A stretch of 64,000 bases of DNA from Camelus ferus (Eukaryota): positions 310,001 to 374,000 of the forward strand of contig NC_045723.1 of NCBI RefSeq assembly GCF_009834535.1, given 5' to 3'. The notes beneath the pieces are model-generated. The model made no database searches. It was not told the origin of the DNA and was given only the letters and a program-made list of their open reading frames with translations. Positions 39,560 to 50,271 of this stretch are shown here, one piece after another. Position 1 is the stretch's first letter; every line of letters begins with the position of its first letter. Position numbers and translations under genes: made by a program.

Positions 39560-42500
39560 TTGTTACTTCCACACCAAAAAAAGAAAAAACCTGCTGGGAC
39601 TTCGAGACTGTATTAAATCCACATAGATTAATCTGGGATGAACTGACATCTTTTTCATTCTTTGATTGATATACATAGCTTATTACTTCATTTGTGTAGT
39701 TTACTAAAATTCTTTAAAAAGTTCTCTGTGTGGAGGACTTGCATGGTTTTTCATTAGAGTTACTTTTAGGACTTTAATCTTTTTAAGCTATTGTACATAG
39801 TATATTAAAGCTTTCTCTTAGTTCGGAATTTTTGCTGAATAGAAATATAATTGATCTTTAAAACCATTTTACTTTGAAATAATTGTAGTACTAAGTGTAG
39901 TACTTTCATAAAAAGTTATGAAAATAGTAGAAGAGGTTCCAGGTAACTTCACGTCAGTTTTTTCCAATGGTTAACACCTTGCCTACATAGAATACAAGGT
40001 CGAGACTGGGGATTCCACAGAATCTACTTAGATTTCACAGTTTTACATGCATTTATATGTGTTTTTGTAGTTCTAGGAATTTCATCACATGAGCAGATTC
40101 ATGTAATCACCACCACAATCAAGACACGAGCACTGTGCTGTCACCACAAAGATGTCCCTCGAGCTGTCCCTCTGTAGTCCCGTGTGCCCACCTATCCACC
40201 TCCCTCAACAGCGGAAACTACACTTCTCTCCATTTCTACAGTTCTGTCGTGTTAAATAAGTGAAATCAAACAGTATATAATCTTTTGAGATGACCTTCTT
40301 TTCACCTGGTGTAACCTGCTCACAAATGTTTATAGAAACTTTATTTGTAATTGACAAAAATTGGAAGCAATTTTGGAACCCAAATGTTGTTCAATAGGTG
40401 AATGGATAAAGAGACTGCGGTACGTCCATACAATGGAAAATTTTCAAGCAAAAAAAAAAAGTCATCAAGCCACAAAAAGACATGGAGGAATCTTACCTTG
40501 CTGAGTGAAAGAAGTCAGGCTTAAAAGGGTACTTACTCCGTGATTCCAACTCTGTCTAAGATTCTGCAAAAGGCAGTACTTGTAGTGACAATAAAAAGAT
40601 CAGTGGTTGCAAGAGATTCACGGAGTGTTGGGGCAACTTGTCTTTTTTCCCTCGCTGTTCTGTGCATGTCTGTGAAAGCACCATGAGGATTCATTTTTAA
40701 GGTTACAATGAATTTTAGCAGTAGGCAATCTCAGAGATACGGAAACTGACGATAATGAGAATGGGCTGTAATTTACTTTCTGGCTGCTTTTAAGGTTTCT
40801 TTTTTGTCTGGTTTTCAGCAGGTTTATAATCATATACCTAGGTGTGTTTTTCTTCCTGTTTGAGGGTTACAGAGCTTTCAGTTCACCACTGAATGTCTTT
40901 TAGCAATTTGAAAATATTGCCTGCAATCTCTTCAAATGCTGCTTATGCCACAATTTTACTTTTCTCTTCTTCTGGGACTCCAGTCTCTATGTTAAGACTT
41001 TCACACCACATTTCGTATGTCTGTTACGCTCTTTTCTGTATATCCATGCTTTTTCTCTCTGATTCATTCTGGACATTTCCTATCGACCTACTTTCCAGAT
41101 CACTAGTCGTGTACTTGGCTGTACCTAACCTGCTGGTAAACTCATCTGTGGAGGTTTTTAAGTTTATTTAAAGTATTTTATTTAAAAAAATAAAATTTAC
41201 CACGTTAACCATTTTTAAGTGTTCAGTTCAGTAAAGCACATTCACGTTGTTGTGCGGTCAATCTCCATAACTCTGAGCTTGACTCAGCTAGATACCTCAC
41301 ATCAGTAAAATCATATACTATATGTCGTATTGTGACTGGCTTATTTCACTGAGCACAATGTCCTTAAGGTTCATCGATGTTGTAGCATGTGTCAGAATTT
41401 CTCCCTTTTCAAGGCTGTGTAATATTCCACTGAAAGCACACATTTGCTTACTGATTCATTGATCAATGGACACTGGGTTGCTTCCACATCTTGTTGCTAT
41501 GAACATGGGTATATAAATATCTCTGAAAACTTGCTTTCAATTTTTTTGGGTGTATACTCAGGAGTGGAATTGCTGAATCATACAGTAATTCAAGTTTTAA
41601 TTTTGGGGAGGAATTGTCATACTATTTTCCATAGGCACTGCATCATTTTATATTCTCAACAGTGCACAGGGTTCCAGTTTCTTGACATCTCTGCAACACT
41701 TGTTATTTTGTTTCTGTTTTTGTTTTTTAATTAANNNNNNNNNNNNNNNNNNNNNNNNNNNNNNNNNNNNNNNNNNNNNNNNNNNNNNNNNNNNNNNNNN
41801 NNNNNNNNNNNNNNNNNNNNNNNNNNNNNNNNNNNNNNNNNNNNNNNNNNNNNNNNNNNNNNNNNNNNNNNTAGCCCACTTAAAAAAAATGGGAAGGGGG
41901 TAATTAGGTCTAATTAGGAGGTGCTGGGGATTGGACCCAGGACCTTGTGCATGCTAAGCATGCACCCTACGACTTAAGCTATACCCTCCCCAAGCCCACT
42001 TTTTAATTGAGGTTTTTTGTTTTAATCAAAAATTGTTAAGTTATATAAGTTCTTTTTATATTCTGGATATTAGTCCCTTATCGGATAGATGATTTGCAAA
42101 TATTTTCTCACATTCTGTAGGTTGTCTATTCACATCCATGGAGTTTTTAACAGTGGTTTCTGCTATTGAGTTTTTATTTGATTCTATTCTATTGATTCTA
42201 GTTCTCTTTAGACATTTTCAATCTTTTCATTTATTTTATTGAACACAATAATTAAATGATCCAAAGTAACCCCAGTATCTGCATCATCTGTTCTTTCTAT
42301 AATAGATTTTTTCCCTGGTTTGGTTAACTTTTTGCTATTTCTTGGAATGCCTGGTAATTTTTTACTGCACACTGGACATCATGTAAAAACTTGTAGGCAA
42401 GCTCTGAGGTTCACTAATAGTACCTTCCTCCACAGAGGATGTATCTTGCTTTCTGGCAGACAGGTGGAGTTGGGACACATCACCTTATCCCATCTGGGAC

Positions 42501-43100
42501 GGAATGATTCCAAGTCAGGTTTCAGTCTTTTGGGAAGGCCGGTCTTCTTCTGGTTTGCTCTTCATCCGAGCGTAGCCTGCCCGTGGTATCAGTAGGAGTG
42601 TTTGCCAGGCTCTCTCCTACTCTGTGGGCCATTAACTGAAATTTTTGCCTCTCCAGAGACTGCCAGAAACTCTGCTTAGTGCCTCAGGGTTTTAGCTTCT
42701 TGCATCCACACTGCTTGTGAATCAGCAAATGTCTGAAGGGGAAAGTGGAACACAATGTTGACTTCATCTCCATGCAGCTTTTTTCACTGGGATTTTAGAT
42801 TCTTAAGTCTTGGCTACCCTGACACCTACATTTTGCCTCTCCAGTTACTCTGAGATTGCTGAAAGTTCAACTCAATTTCCCAGCCTCTTAGCTTTTAAAT
42901 TAGCAAATCCCGAGGGAAGCAGCACTGAAGGACACGGGCTCACCTGTACGCAATCCCTTCTCTATAGCATCGTGGCCCCTTAAGTCCTGTCTGCATTAAT
43001 AACTCTCCAGTGCTTTCAAACTGATTTGACTCGTAATTTTTATAGCATCTTAGTTGTTGTCAGGGGTCTGGAACATGCTGTTCTATCATTACCTGATGCC
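39560..43100. mobile_element. Cluster of nested old L1 fragments (mostly minus; one plus-strand 3' piece ~40320-40620)
   Basis: L1 ORF2 antisense text (gattaatctgggatgaactgacatctt), L1MB 3' antisense (aaatttaccacgttaaccatttttaagtgttcagttcagt...), and ORF1/5' antisense pieces. Confidence 0.75.
41882..41992 (-). mobile_element. Camelid tRNA-Ala-derived SINE inserted in L1, with a 9-bp TSD
   Basis: Minus strand ggggagggtatagcttaagtcgtagggtgcatgcttagcatgcacaaggtcctgggtccaatccccagcacctcc...cctaattacccc. agcccactt is duplicated at 41873-41881 and 41993-42001. Confidence 0.9.
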
Positions 43101-43631
43101 CTGACATGCACTTGAAAATAATAATATATGATTGCAAAAATGAAAAAACAAACCAGGCTGAAAGCCATTGTCAAGAAAAATCAGCAAGCAAGCAGAAAGA
43201 CAACGCCAAAAACTTTAATAAAAAAGAAAAAGAAAAAAATGAGACAGAGTCAATCTACTAGGTAGAACATCCAACTAACAGACGTTCCTGTGATGTCAGA
43301 GTGAAGTGGGTGAAAATAGAGAAGGAAAAAAAAGTCCCAGAGTCAAATAAAGTCACCAGACTTCAGTTTGAAAGAGACCACTGAAGGGATAATTGGTGGT
43401 GGGGGGGGGGGAGCCTAAAAATGAAAGAAGACTCACGAGTATTCAGAATACCAAAGATAAGGGGAAAAAATCCTAAATGCTTCCAGAAGGGGAACTTAGG
43501 GAGGAGCCGGGAGCTGGGAGCCGAGGGCCACGGCCTGCTCCATGGAGGGAGGGCTCTCATAGGAAGGAGACATTCTGAAGGAACGGAATATATTTGAAAC
43601 TCATGCCACATAATATAGGTGTCATTTTTAC

Positions 43632-43637
43632 TTTATT
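43632..43637 (-). terminator. Distal polyadenylation signal AATAAA of MAP4K4
   Basis: Minus strand reads ccttaAATAAAgtaaaaatgacacc, followed by a downstream tgtggc tract. Repeat-derived DNA begins shortly beyond. Confidence 0.75.
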
Positions 43638-43940
43638 TAAGGAGAGACATGGGGAGAAGAGGGACAACAGTAATTTTCACAACATACAGAGGACAAGCGA
43701 GCGCTGGGGAGAGGAGGCTGTGGGGCTTCTTGCCGCCAGTCTGCCCTGCAGCCCTGGTTAGTAAGCTCAATGCGGCTTGTCATCTGCATGACTGTTCAGC
43801 AAATTCGTAACTGGCAAAATTAGGGATTATGAATGACCGTAAGTGGACTACAACTAAGCCAAAACCTAAATGACCCATAAAAAGTCACTTAAAAATAAAC
43901 CATAAATAGGTAATGCACGTTAGTATTAACAACCATTTTT

Positions 43941-43948
43941 TGTAAACA
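43941..43948 (-). promoter_or_regulatory. miR-30 8mer seed match (TGTTTACA)
   Basis: Plus strand tgtaaaca in an AU-rich context in the distal UTR. Confidence 0.55.
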
Positions 43949-45231
43949 TTTTCTTTGACGTAACATGTGCATGAGAAAAAGCAAAAACGCTGCACTCGAT
44001 ACAGAGAGACTCTGACTTAAATACAGAAAGATACCATTTACCAAAGCTCTGACCAAACCCAGGGGTGCCCTGGGGTTCTGCTTTGAAGGGCATTGCTGAA
44101 ATGGCCTCCAATGCTCCGTATTTAATGATGTCATCATAATACTTTTCTTTTGTAATTTTGCCATCCTGGCACTTCTGTGAAGTCACTACCCTGTTAGAGG
44201 GGAAAAAAAAAAAAAAAAACGACCATCCCTTTCTCTAGAAGAATGAAACCGCAACAGCTCACAGCCCTCCGTGGGGAAACCTAATTGCGTGCTGGCTTCC
44301 AGCCGGAGCAACGCAATCGGGTTTCCCAGGCTTGTGGGGCCGAGGGGGACACTGCGGCCCAGGAAGCCATCCCAGCAGGACGAGCCGTCTGACCTCAGGC
44401 AGGGGAGCCGAGTGACGGGTTCCATTACGTTCAACCCCGCCGCCGACAGAGCGCCAGGAAGGGCGGCCACCCCGAGGACCCAGCACCTCCAGCCGAGCAC
44501 CACTCGCCTGGTCTGTGTCACAGCCTGACGGGCAGACACCGAGCTTCAAATCTATGGACAGTTCAGACCTCACCCTTTCCAGTTCTGCCACGTTGGTATC
44601 AGAAGTTGAGTATTTTCACAGAGAGTCTGGCCTATCTCAGAAGTCCCTGCTGAGGGTGCAATGAACTCCCCAACCTTCTCTACGTTAAGTACAAATGAGT
44701 AGAAAAGAACTAGCTCTTTCTGCTTGGGACATCAGTGCCACTTCCAAAGTTACACAGACAGGAAAACCATCTCCACCACCTTCTCCTTCCAAAACGGAGG
44801 AGGGCTTTCTCAGCGGGCCCGTCCCCGGGGGTGGGCGCCAGCAACCCACCGCTGCTTCTGCAGCCGTGAGCGGATGTACTTGGCACCAGTTTCTGTGACT
44901 GCAAGGAGAGCCTTTGGCAAAAATGCTGACCCAGGAGGACGAGAAAGATGGGTCAAAACGGGCCGAGAGCACTGGGCCAAGCCACGGCCAACAGGTGCAA
45001 GGGACTGTTGCGTTTCTGGGGGGGAACCTCCACTTCCGTGTTAGAGAAGAAAACCCGCCACGGAGGAGGATTATGCCTAGGAAACCCCACACTCTTGTTC
45101 GGCAAACAACATTTCCACCAGAACTCACCGCGAGGAAGGCGGACGGCAGAGCCCGGCTCCACCACCGAGATGGACGCCCTCAGAGGAAACAGATGGACCA
45201 GGAGCCGTGAAACCAATTATTTCCCAAGACA

Positions 45232-45237
45232 TTTATT
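45232..45237 (-). terminator. Candidate middle polyadenylation signal AATAAA
   Basis: Minus strand reads ttttactttttgag...catttgtAATAAAtgtc: U-rich upstream with an overlapping UGUA. Confidence 0.5.
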
Positions 45238-45810
45238 ACAAATGTCATGAACATACTCAAAAAGTAAAACTGGTTTAAAAAACAGAGAGAGAACAAGAGA
45301 GCAAGGGAGAGAACGAGGAAAGCCAGGGCTCCGATGTCACACCCAAACACAGGGAGATGCTACCTCACGAATGAGCAGTATTAACTACATTCTTAAAATA
45401 GTTTTAGTGCATTGCGTTTTTTAGAAAAGGGGAATCTCCCCGCCCCAAGGAAAGGTTCCTGCAACACTGGTGACAGCTTGCGGGGCTGCCCCACATGACC
45501 GCCTGTCTGCAAGCCCCGGGCTGGGAACAGTCAGGGCCCCGGGCTGGCAGCCGGGACGCCCGGCAACCACTGCAGGTGAGCCCGGCGGGAGCTGAGCGCC
45601 TGCTCTCAACTCGGAAAGCAGATGCCCGCCGCAGCACGACAAGCCTGAGGGCTGTTTCCCATCTTCAGGGACAATGTCTCTGGTGCCTACTGAGACCTGG
45701 GACGAGATTAACAGTCCAACTTCAATTCGATAGTTTTGGTATTAAGATTAAATTAATGTTTTCCTCCCAAAACGTAAAAACAAAACCACCTCTTAATGCA
45801 TTAAAAACAA

Positions 45811-45818
45811 TGAGGTAG
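45811..45818 (-). promoter_or_regulatory. let-7/miR-98 8mer seed match (CTACCTCA) in the 3' UTR
   Basis: Plus strand tgaggtag at 45811-45818. Confidence 0.7.
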
Positions 45819-45942
45819 GCAAAAAAAAAAAAAAAAAAGTGGTTGAAAAATTTTTTTCCTCCGCAAGTGCAGACTGTGGTGAAACTGCTGCTGCTACACT
45901 TCTAGGTTTAAACAGAAATTAAACCTTTGACTGAGGCAGTGC

Positions 45943-45950
45943 TAATACTG
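45943..45950 (-). promoter_or_regulatory. miR-200b/c/429 8mer seed match (CAGTATTA)
   Basis: Plus strand taatactg at 45943-45950. Confidence 0.55.
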
Positions 45951-46717
45951 TCACACAACAAGGTTCTGGCCATGACACAAATGCACACCCTTTCTTTTTC
46001 CTTTTTTTTTTTTTGTTTTTTTAAAAGAATCATCTGCACGATTTAGGCAAAACTTGGTACACAGAAAAACAACTCAGTTCTTGGCCAAAAAAAAAATTCC
46101 CGAGAAACAAAATGGGACCCTAACCCGCCCACCCCGCCTCCTAAGCCCCACCCACAAAAAAGTCCTCCTAGTAACTGTGTCTTTCACATTTTATAAATAT
46201 TAACTTCTTTAACCTGCACCCTCTTCTCTGTCCACATATCATCACATTACAAAAAAGAAATGTCAATTAAATACATTGTTACTGTTACTATATTAGATCT
46301 GCTCGCGGCTTCCGCAGACTGCTCGTTAGAGCACCCTGACACCTCCTGTGCCCCCTGCCAACCTCCCACCGGCGTGTTCACGTCTCCACCTGCATCACCC
46401 AAGACAGAGTCACCGAGACAAGGAATTCTGGAGCTGAAGGAAAGGCGTTTGCGTTCTGTCTGATGCTCGATCCCAACACTGATAGCACCTAACGGTGAGT
46501 CTCAACAGCACCAGCTGCATTGCAGCCTTGATTTATTTTGAAAAGGAAAAGAAGAGAACGGGGAGAAACTGGTAAGAGCAAGTGGGCGGGCGGGAGACCC
46601 CCAGGCGGGGTCCGTGCACGCGCCGTCCCGGGCAGCCGGGCAGCTCCGAGCTCCAGTTGCAAGGAATTCCAAGTTCTCCATCTCAAAGACTCCGGTGCAG
46701 CCCTCCTCGCCCCGCTG

Positions 46718-46801
46718 CTACCAGCTCAGAAGAGAGGTCCTGCCCAGCGTCATGAAGTAAACCTGGCTGCTGCCCCCGGACCGGACGGAGGCGAAGAACA
46801 C
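46718..46801 (-). CDS. MAP4K4: MAP4K4 terminal exon, coding part ([27 protein letters not shown])
   Basis: cccgcag|gtg ttc ... tgg TAG. The C-terminus LGRTSLLSW is the MAP4K4 type; TNIK and MINK1 end ...NRN..MNW as recalled. Confidence 0.97.
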   Translation of the reverse strand: MFFASVRSGGSSQVYFMTLGRTSLLSW

Positions 46802-48459
46802 CTGCGGGGGGAGAGGAGGCGTCAGCAGCCTGGAAGACCTGCCAGCTCCATGAGCCAGAAACGACCCCCCCCCCTACCCCCAAGAGCACCCGGGAGGAGG
46901 CCCTCTGGTCTGCAAGAAGCCATCGCCGGGGCCAGTCTGCCTCAGCTGGTCCGGCTAGTCAGCCAGACGCCCTCAAATGCTGCGCCTTATGGTGAGAGCG
47001 CGAGAGAAAAGTGTCACACTTCTGAAACTGGCTCATCTGGTTCTGCCTCCAATGCTGACACCTTCCGGAAGATAAGCATGTCTGGAAAACTCAGCAGTGG
47101 GGAGGGAGGCTTCTCAGCCATCTCACTTTTCTCTTTTAAAAACTGTAGCTAAGATGTATGAGTTATTTCACATGACTCTATAGTCAAAGTCAGATGATTT
47201 ACTTCTGTGCCTTTTATTAGTAAAGCTTCATGGACATGACATCGTGGACGATAAAAACATTCAAATGCCTCAAGTTCAAAGAATATTATAGTTATGGCTC
47301 CACTGAACATACTTGGGAAAATATAAGCCAAAAAGCTGGCAATATCCTGGGTTAGGTCTGAGGTGGTATGGATTTTCAAGGTAAGAGGTCAGGGAGAGAG
47401 ACGTAGGTCAACTGCACTGGCAGACGGGCTACAGGATGGCAGGGGGCTGGGGGCAACGCGGCTTCTGGGCAGGAGGCCCGGCTGCCAGGGTCCAGGGTTT
47501 TACCTTAACCTGACAGGTCAGCCTGAGGTCAGGCTGCTGGATGCTGAATATATCAACGTGAAGCAAAAGGGGGAAATGAGGGACGCTTCTGAGGCTGCAG
47601 TGCGCTGCCCCAGGGCGTCAGATACATTTTTACCCAAGTGACAGAAGAGAGAGAAACTGGGCTTAGAAAAGACTGGCTCCACCTTCTCAAAACAGGCCCA
47701 GGGTGTCAGCATCCCAGCCAGCTGTCCGCTCCACTCCAGAGCTGGCCGTGGGCGGGAGGGAGCAGGTCCCGGGGAGGACAAGGATATGGTCAGGATGGGA
47801 AAACGAAGGTGTTAATTGGGGCTTCGATGCCCTCGGGCCCCACCTGCAGAAGTGCTCTTGCTGCTGCACAGAAATGATTTACACTGTTAGGCGCTGATGC
47901 CACGCAGACTAGGGAGTTGTTTCCCTACTCAAAAGGCAGACTAACGCGTGGAGGATTTGAGATACACTGCAGGGGAGAGGAAGCTTTTACCCTGCTACCC
48001 AGATCTGCATGAGGGTTCCTTCTGATCACAGAATTACATCCATAAATCGGTAGCTTTAACATTCTCTACCCCTAAACCAAATGCAGCCCAGACTAGGACA
48101 CCTAACGGGGAAAAAAAATAAAAATAAAACAAAAAAAACCAGAACAAAACAAACCCCTCCAAAACCCAAACAAAAAAAGAAACCCCACCAAAAAAACAAA
48201 CCAAAAAACCCAAAACAAAAAACTCCCCAAGCAAAAACTCAACATAGGATGGCTTCTGCAGAGTTAAACATCTCCATCCCCTCACAGCAAACACAAAATA
48301 AAATATATCCCAACCTCCATAAACAGGTCTAAAAAGTCACTACTAAAAAGTTCCTTGATCAATTTATTCTAATCTTATCAAAACCCCAAAGAAAGGCTTC
48401 ACCACACTCCACGGGAAATAAACCACCCACCGAAGGCTCGTGTGTAAGGAGGGTGTTAC

Positions 48460-48599
48460 CTTGTCATTGCGCTCACACAAGAACTTCAGCCTCTGAGCCC
48501 TTTTATGCATGAACACGCCGTCCAAGTGGCCAGTTTCCACAGACCGGATCTCTATGGCCTTTTCTCCCCAGCCCATTGTCTGGTTGGATCGAATGTATG
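48460..48599 (-). CDS. MAP4K4: MAP4K4 penultimate exon ([47 protein letters not shown])
   Basis: ctctcaaaaag|ca tac ... aag|gtaac. 140 nt. Confidence 0.97.
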
Positions 48600-48665
48600 C
48601 TTTTTGAGAGGGGAAAACACATATTGAGAAAGGCAAAGGAAACAGCCGTGGACAAGCTGCTTACA

Positions 48666-48722
48666 TCACACACACACTCACACTCACGCACACACATTCT
48701 GTCACACACATACACACTCACT
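48666..48722 (-). repeat. Degenerate (TG)n tract upstream of the penultimate-exon acceptor
   Basis: Plus strand cacacacactcacactcacgcacacac...cacacacatacacactcac. Confidence 0.8.
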
Positions 48723-49416
48723 CCCCCACCCCCTCCCCCACATGGCTAGCATGTGGGGACTTCTGCTTTTCAGGAGCTCTGCCTGTGCGGCCTGGTGGTC
48801 CCCCCTGGGGGTGTGTTCTGAATCGAGTCTGTGAGGCCCCCTGAGGCATTTCATCCTGAGCAGCACCTCCCACCTACAGTTCAGCTCGAGAGTTCTCATC
48901 ACACCAGTTACGAGGAGGCAGGGATCTCAGGAAAGGCAGGTGGACAGAGCCAGTGACATGACCGCGATAAACCAGACTGGTCTGGGGACGTAAACTCGGA
49001 GCCAGGAGAGCTCCGGACGTCAGCCTACACTCCCGAGGGGATGGGAAGGTCAGGAGGCTGTGTCCACCGTGGCTCGGCCGCCAGAGCGCAAGACTCACTG
49101 GTCTCTCCGCTTCCCTCCCCTCCCACAGCTCAGTCACCCACTGCCTCCGTCCCACCTTCCCCGGATGGCTCTTAAGGGTTCAATGAAGGATTGAGTATGA
49201 CAGAGTTTTTAAAAATAATCACTTAGGTTGTGTTCTAGCATAAGACCACCACGTGTCTCATGGTCTACCATCTAACCTTCCACCGTCTACTGCCAACTGC
49301 TCTGTTAACTGCCCCAAAGGTCTGAACAACACATAAAATCAGCATCAAAAATATATGCATTTTCAGGGAAGGCTCCACTTTTACAGACGCTGCCTTCTCC
49401 CCCGAGGGCGACGTAC

Positions 49417-49576
49417 CCACGGACGTGGGCATCTCGCCCCACTGCAGGACCACGTCCTTGGTGATCCTCCCGTAGGTGTTCACGTACACCCCCTCGTCCT
49501 CGTAGCACACCAGGAGCTCCATGCCGTCCGTGTTGGGGAGGATGATGATCGCGTGGGGTTTGATGCTGCACTGGAT
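49417..49576 (-). CDS. MAP4K4: MAP4K4 CNH exon ([53 protein letters not shown])
   Basis: ctccag|atc cag ... gtg g|gtacgt. 160 nt. Confidence 0.98.
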
Positions 49577-50121
49577 CTGGAGGAGGGGACAGAGCACAGA
49601 GGAGCATGTTTGTGGCTGTTTCTGTCCCGGCAGGAGTGCTCAATACGACTGCCCCGGGGAAGGCGCAGGTCACAGTCCTGGGGACAGTACAGCCACTGGG
49701 TAACATTTTGGAAAAACCATGCGATGCATATACAGCTTTTACAGGTCATATACTCTGCTCGTCCACATTTTCTGAGGCCCCTGGTACATATCTGGATTGT
49801 GGACTCCATTTAAGGAACTATGTTCCTCAAACCACTCCCAACCCCTAGATGTCCTGACCTGCCAGCAGCTGCCCCCAGCCAACCCATGTTAGTCAAGCCG
49901 GGCTCAGAGGTCCTCGGGAGGCCCTCAGAGCAGGAGAGTGGCTCTCCACGCGTCTCCGAGCACAGAGCGGGTGGGCGTGGCATGGCACCCACACACTCAC
50001 CCCCACACCACAAGGTAAGCAAGGGGTCCCTGCTCGTGTTAGTTCACTAAGCAGAGTAAAGGGAGAAGTCAAAACAAAATGAAGCCAGTCAACCAACCAT
50101 AGAGTGTGGGTTCTTTCTTAC

Positions 50122-50271
50122 GTGTGTTGGTAGATAAATGTCATAGACAGATCCCGAGTCCACATCCACAGCATGGAACCCTGCACAGGACCCGTAGATC
50201 ACTTTCAGCCTCTGGCCTTCCTCCACAGTGAGATCCACCAGCAATGGCTTATGCACCAGCTCTCCGAACGA
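50122..50271 (-). CDS. MAP4K4: MAP4K4 CNH exon ([50 protein letters not shown]); alternative donor extends it to 50098 (+VRKNPHSM)
   Basis: ctctgtag|tcg ttc ... cac|gtaaga. 150 nt. A second donor atg|gttggt lies 24 nt downstream. Confidence 0.97.

Larger units (their letters stand above)
43615..46717 (-). other. MAP4K4: MAP4K4 3' UTR (~3.1 kb)
   Basis: Follows the stop codon. Blocks such as aacttggaattccttgcaactggagctcggagctgc and aaaataaatcaaggctgcaatgcagctggtgctg match the recalled human MAP4K4 3' UTR. End placed ~20 nt after the distal AATAAA. Confidence 0.85.

Noticed and set aside
45991-46022. Apparent poly(A) site in the UTR
   Set aside because: Genomic A-rich tract in the mRNA sense; a likely oligo-dT internal-priming artefact.
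49355-49813. 152-aa antisense ORF over a MAP4K4 exon
   Set aside because: Expected shadow ORF: a GC3-saturated sense exon removes antisense stops.
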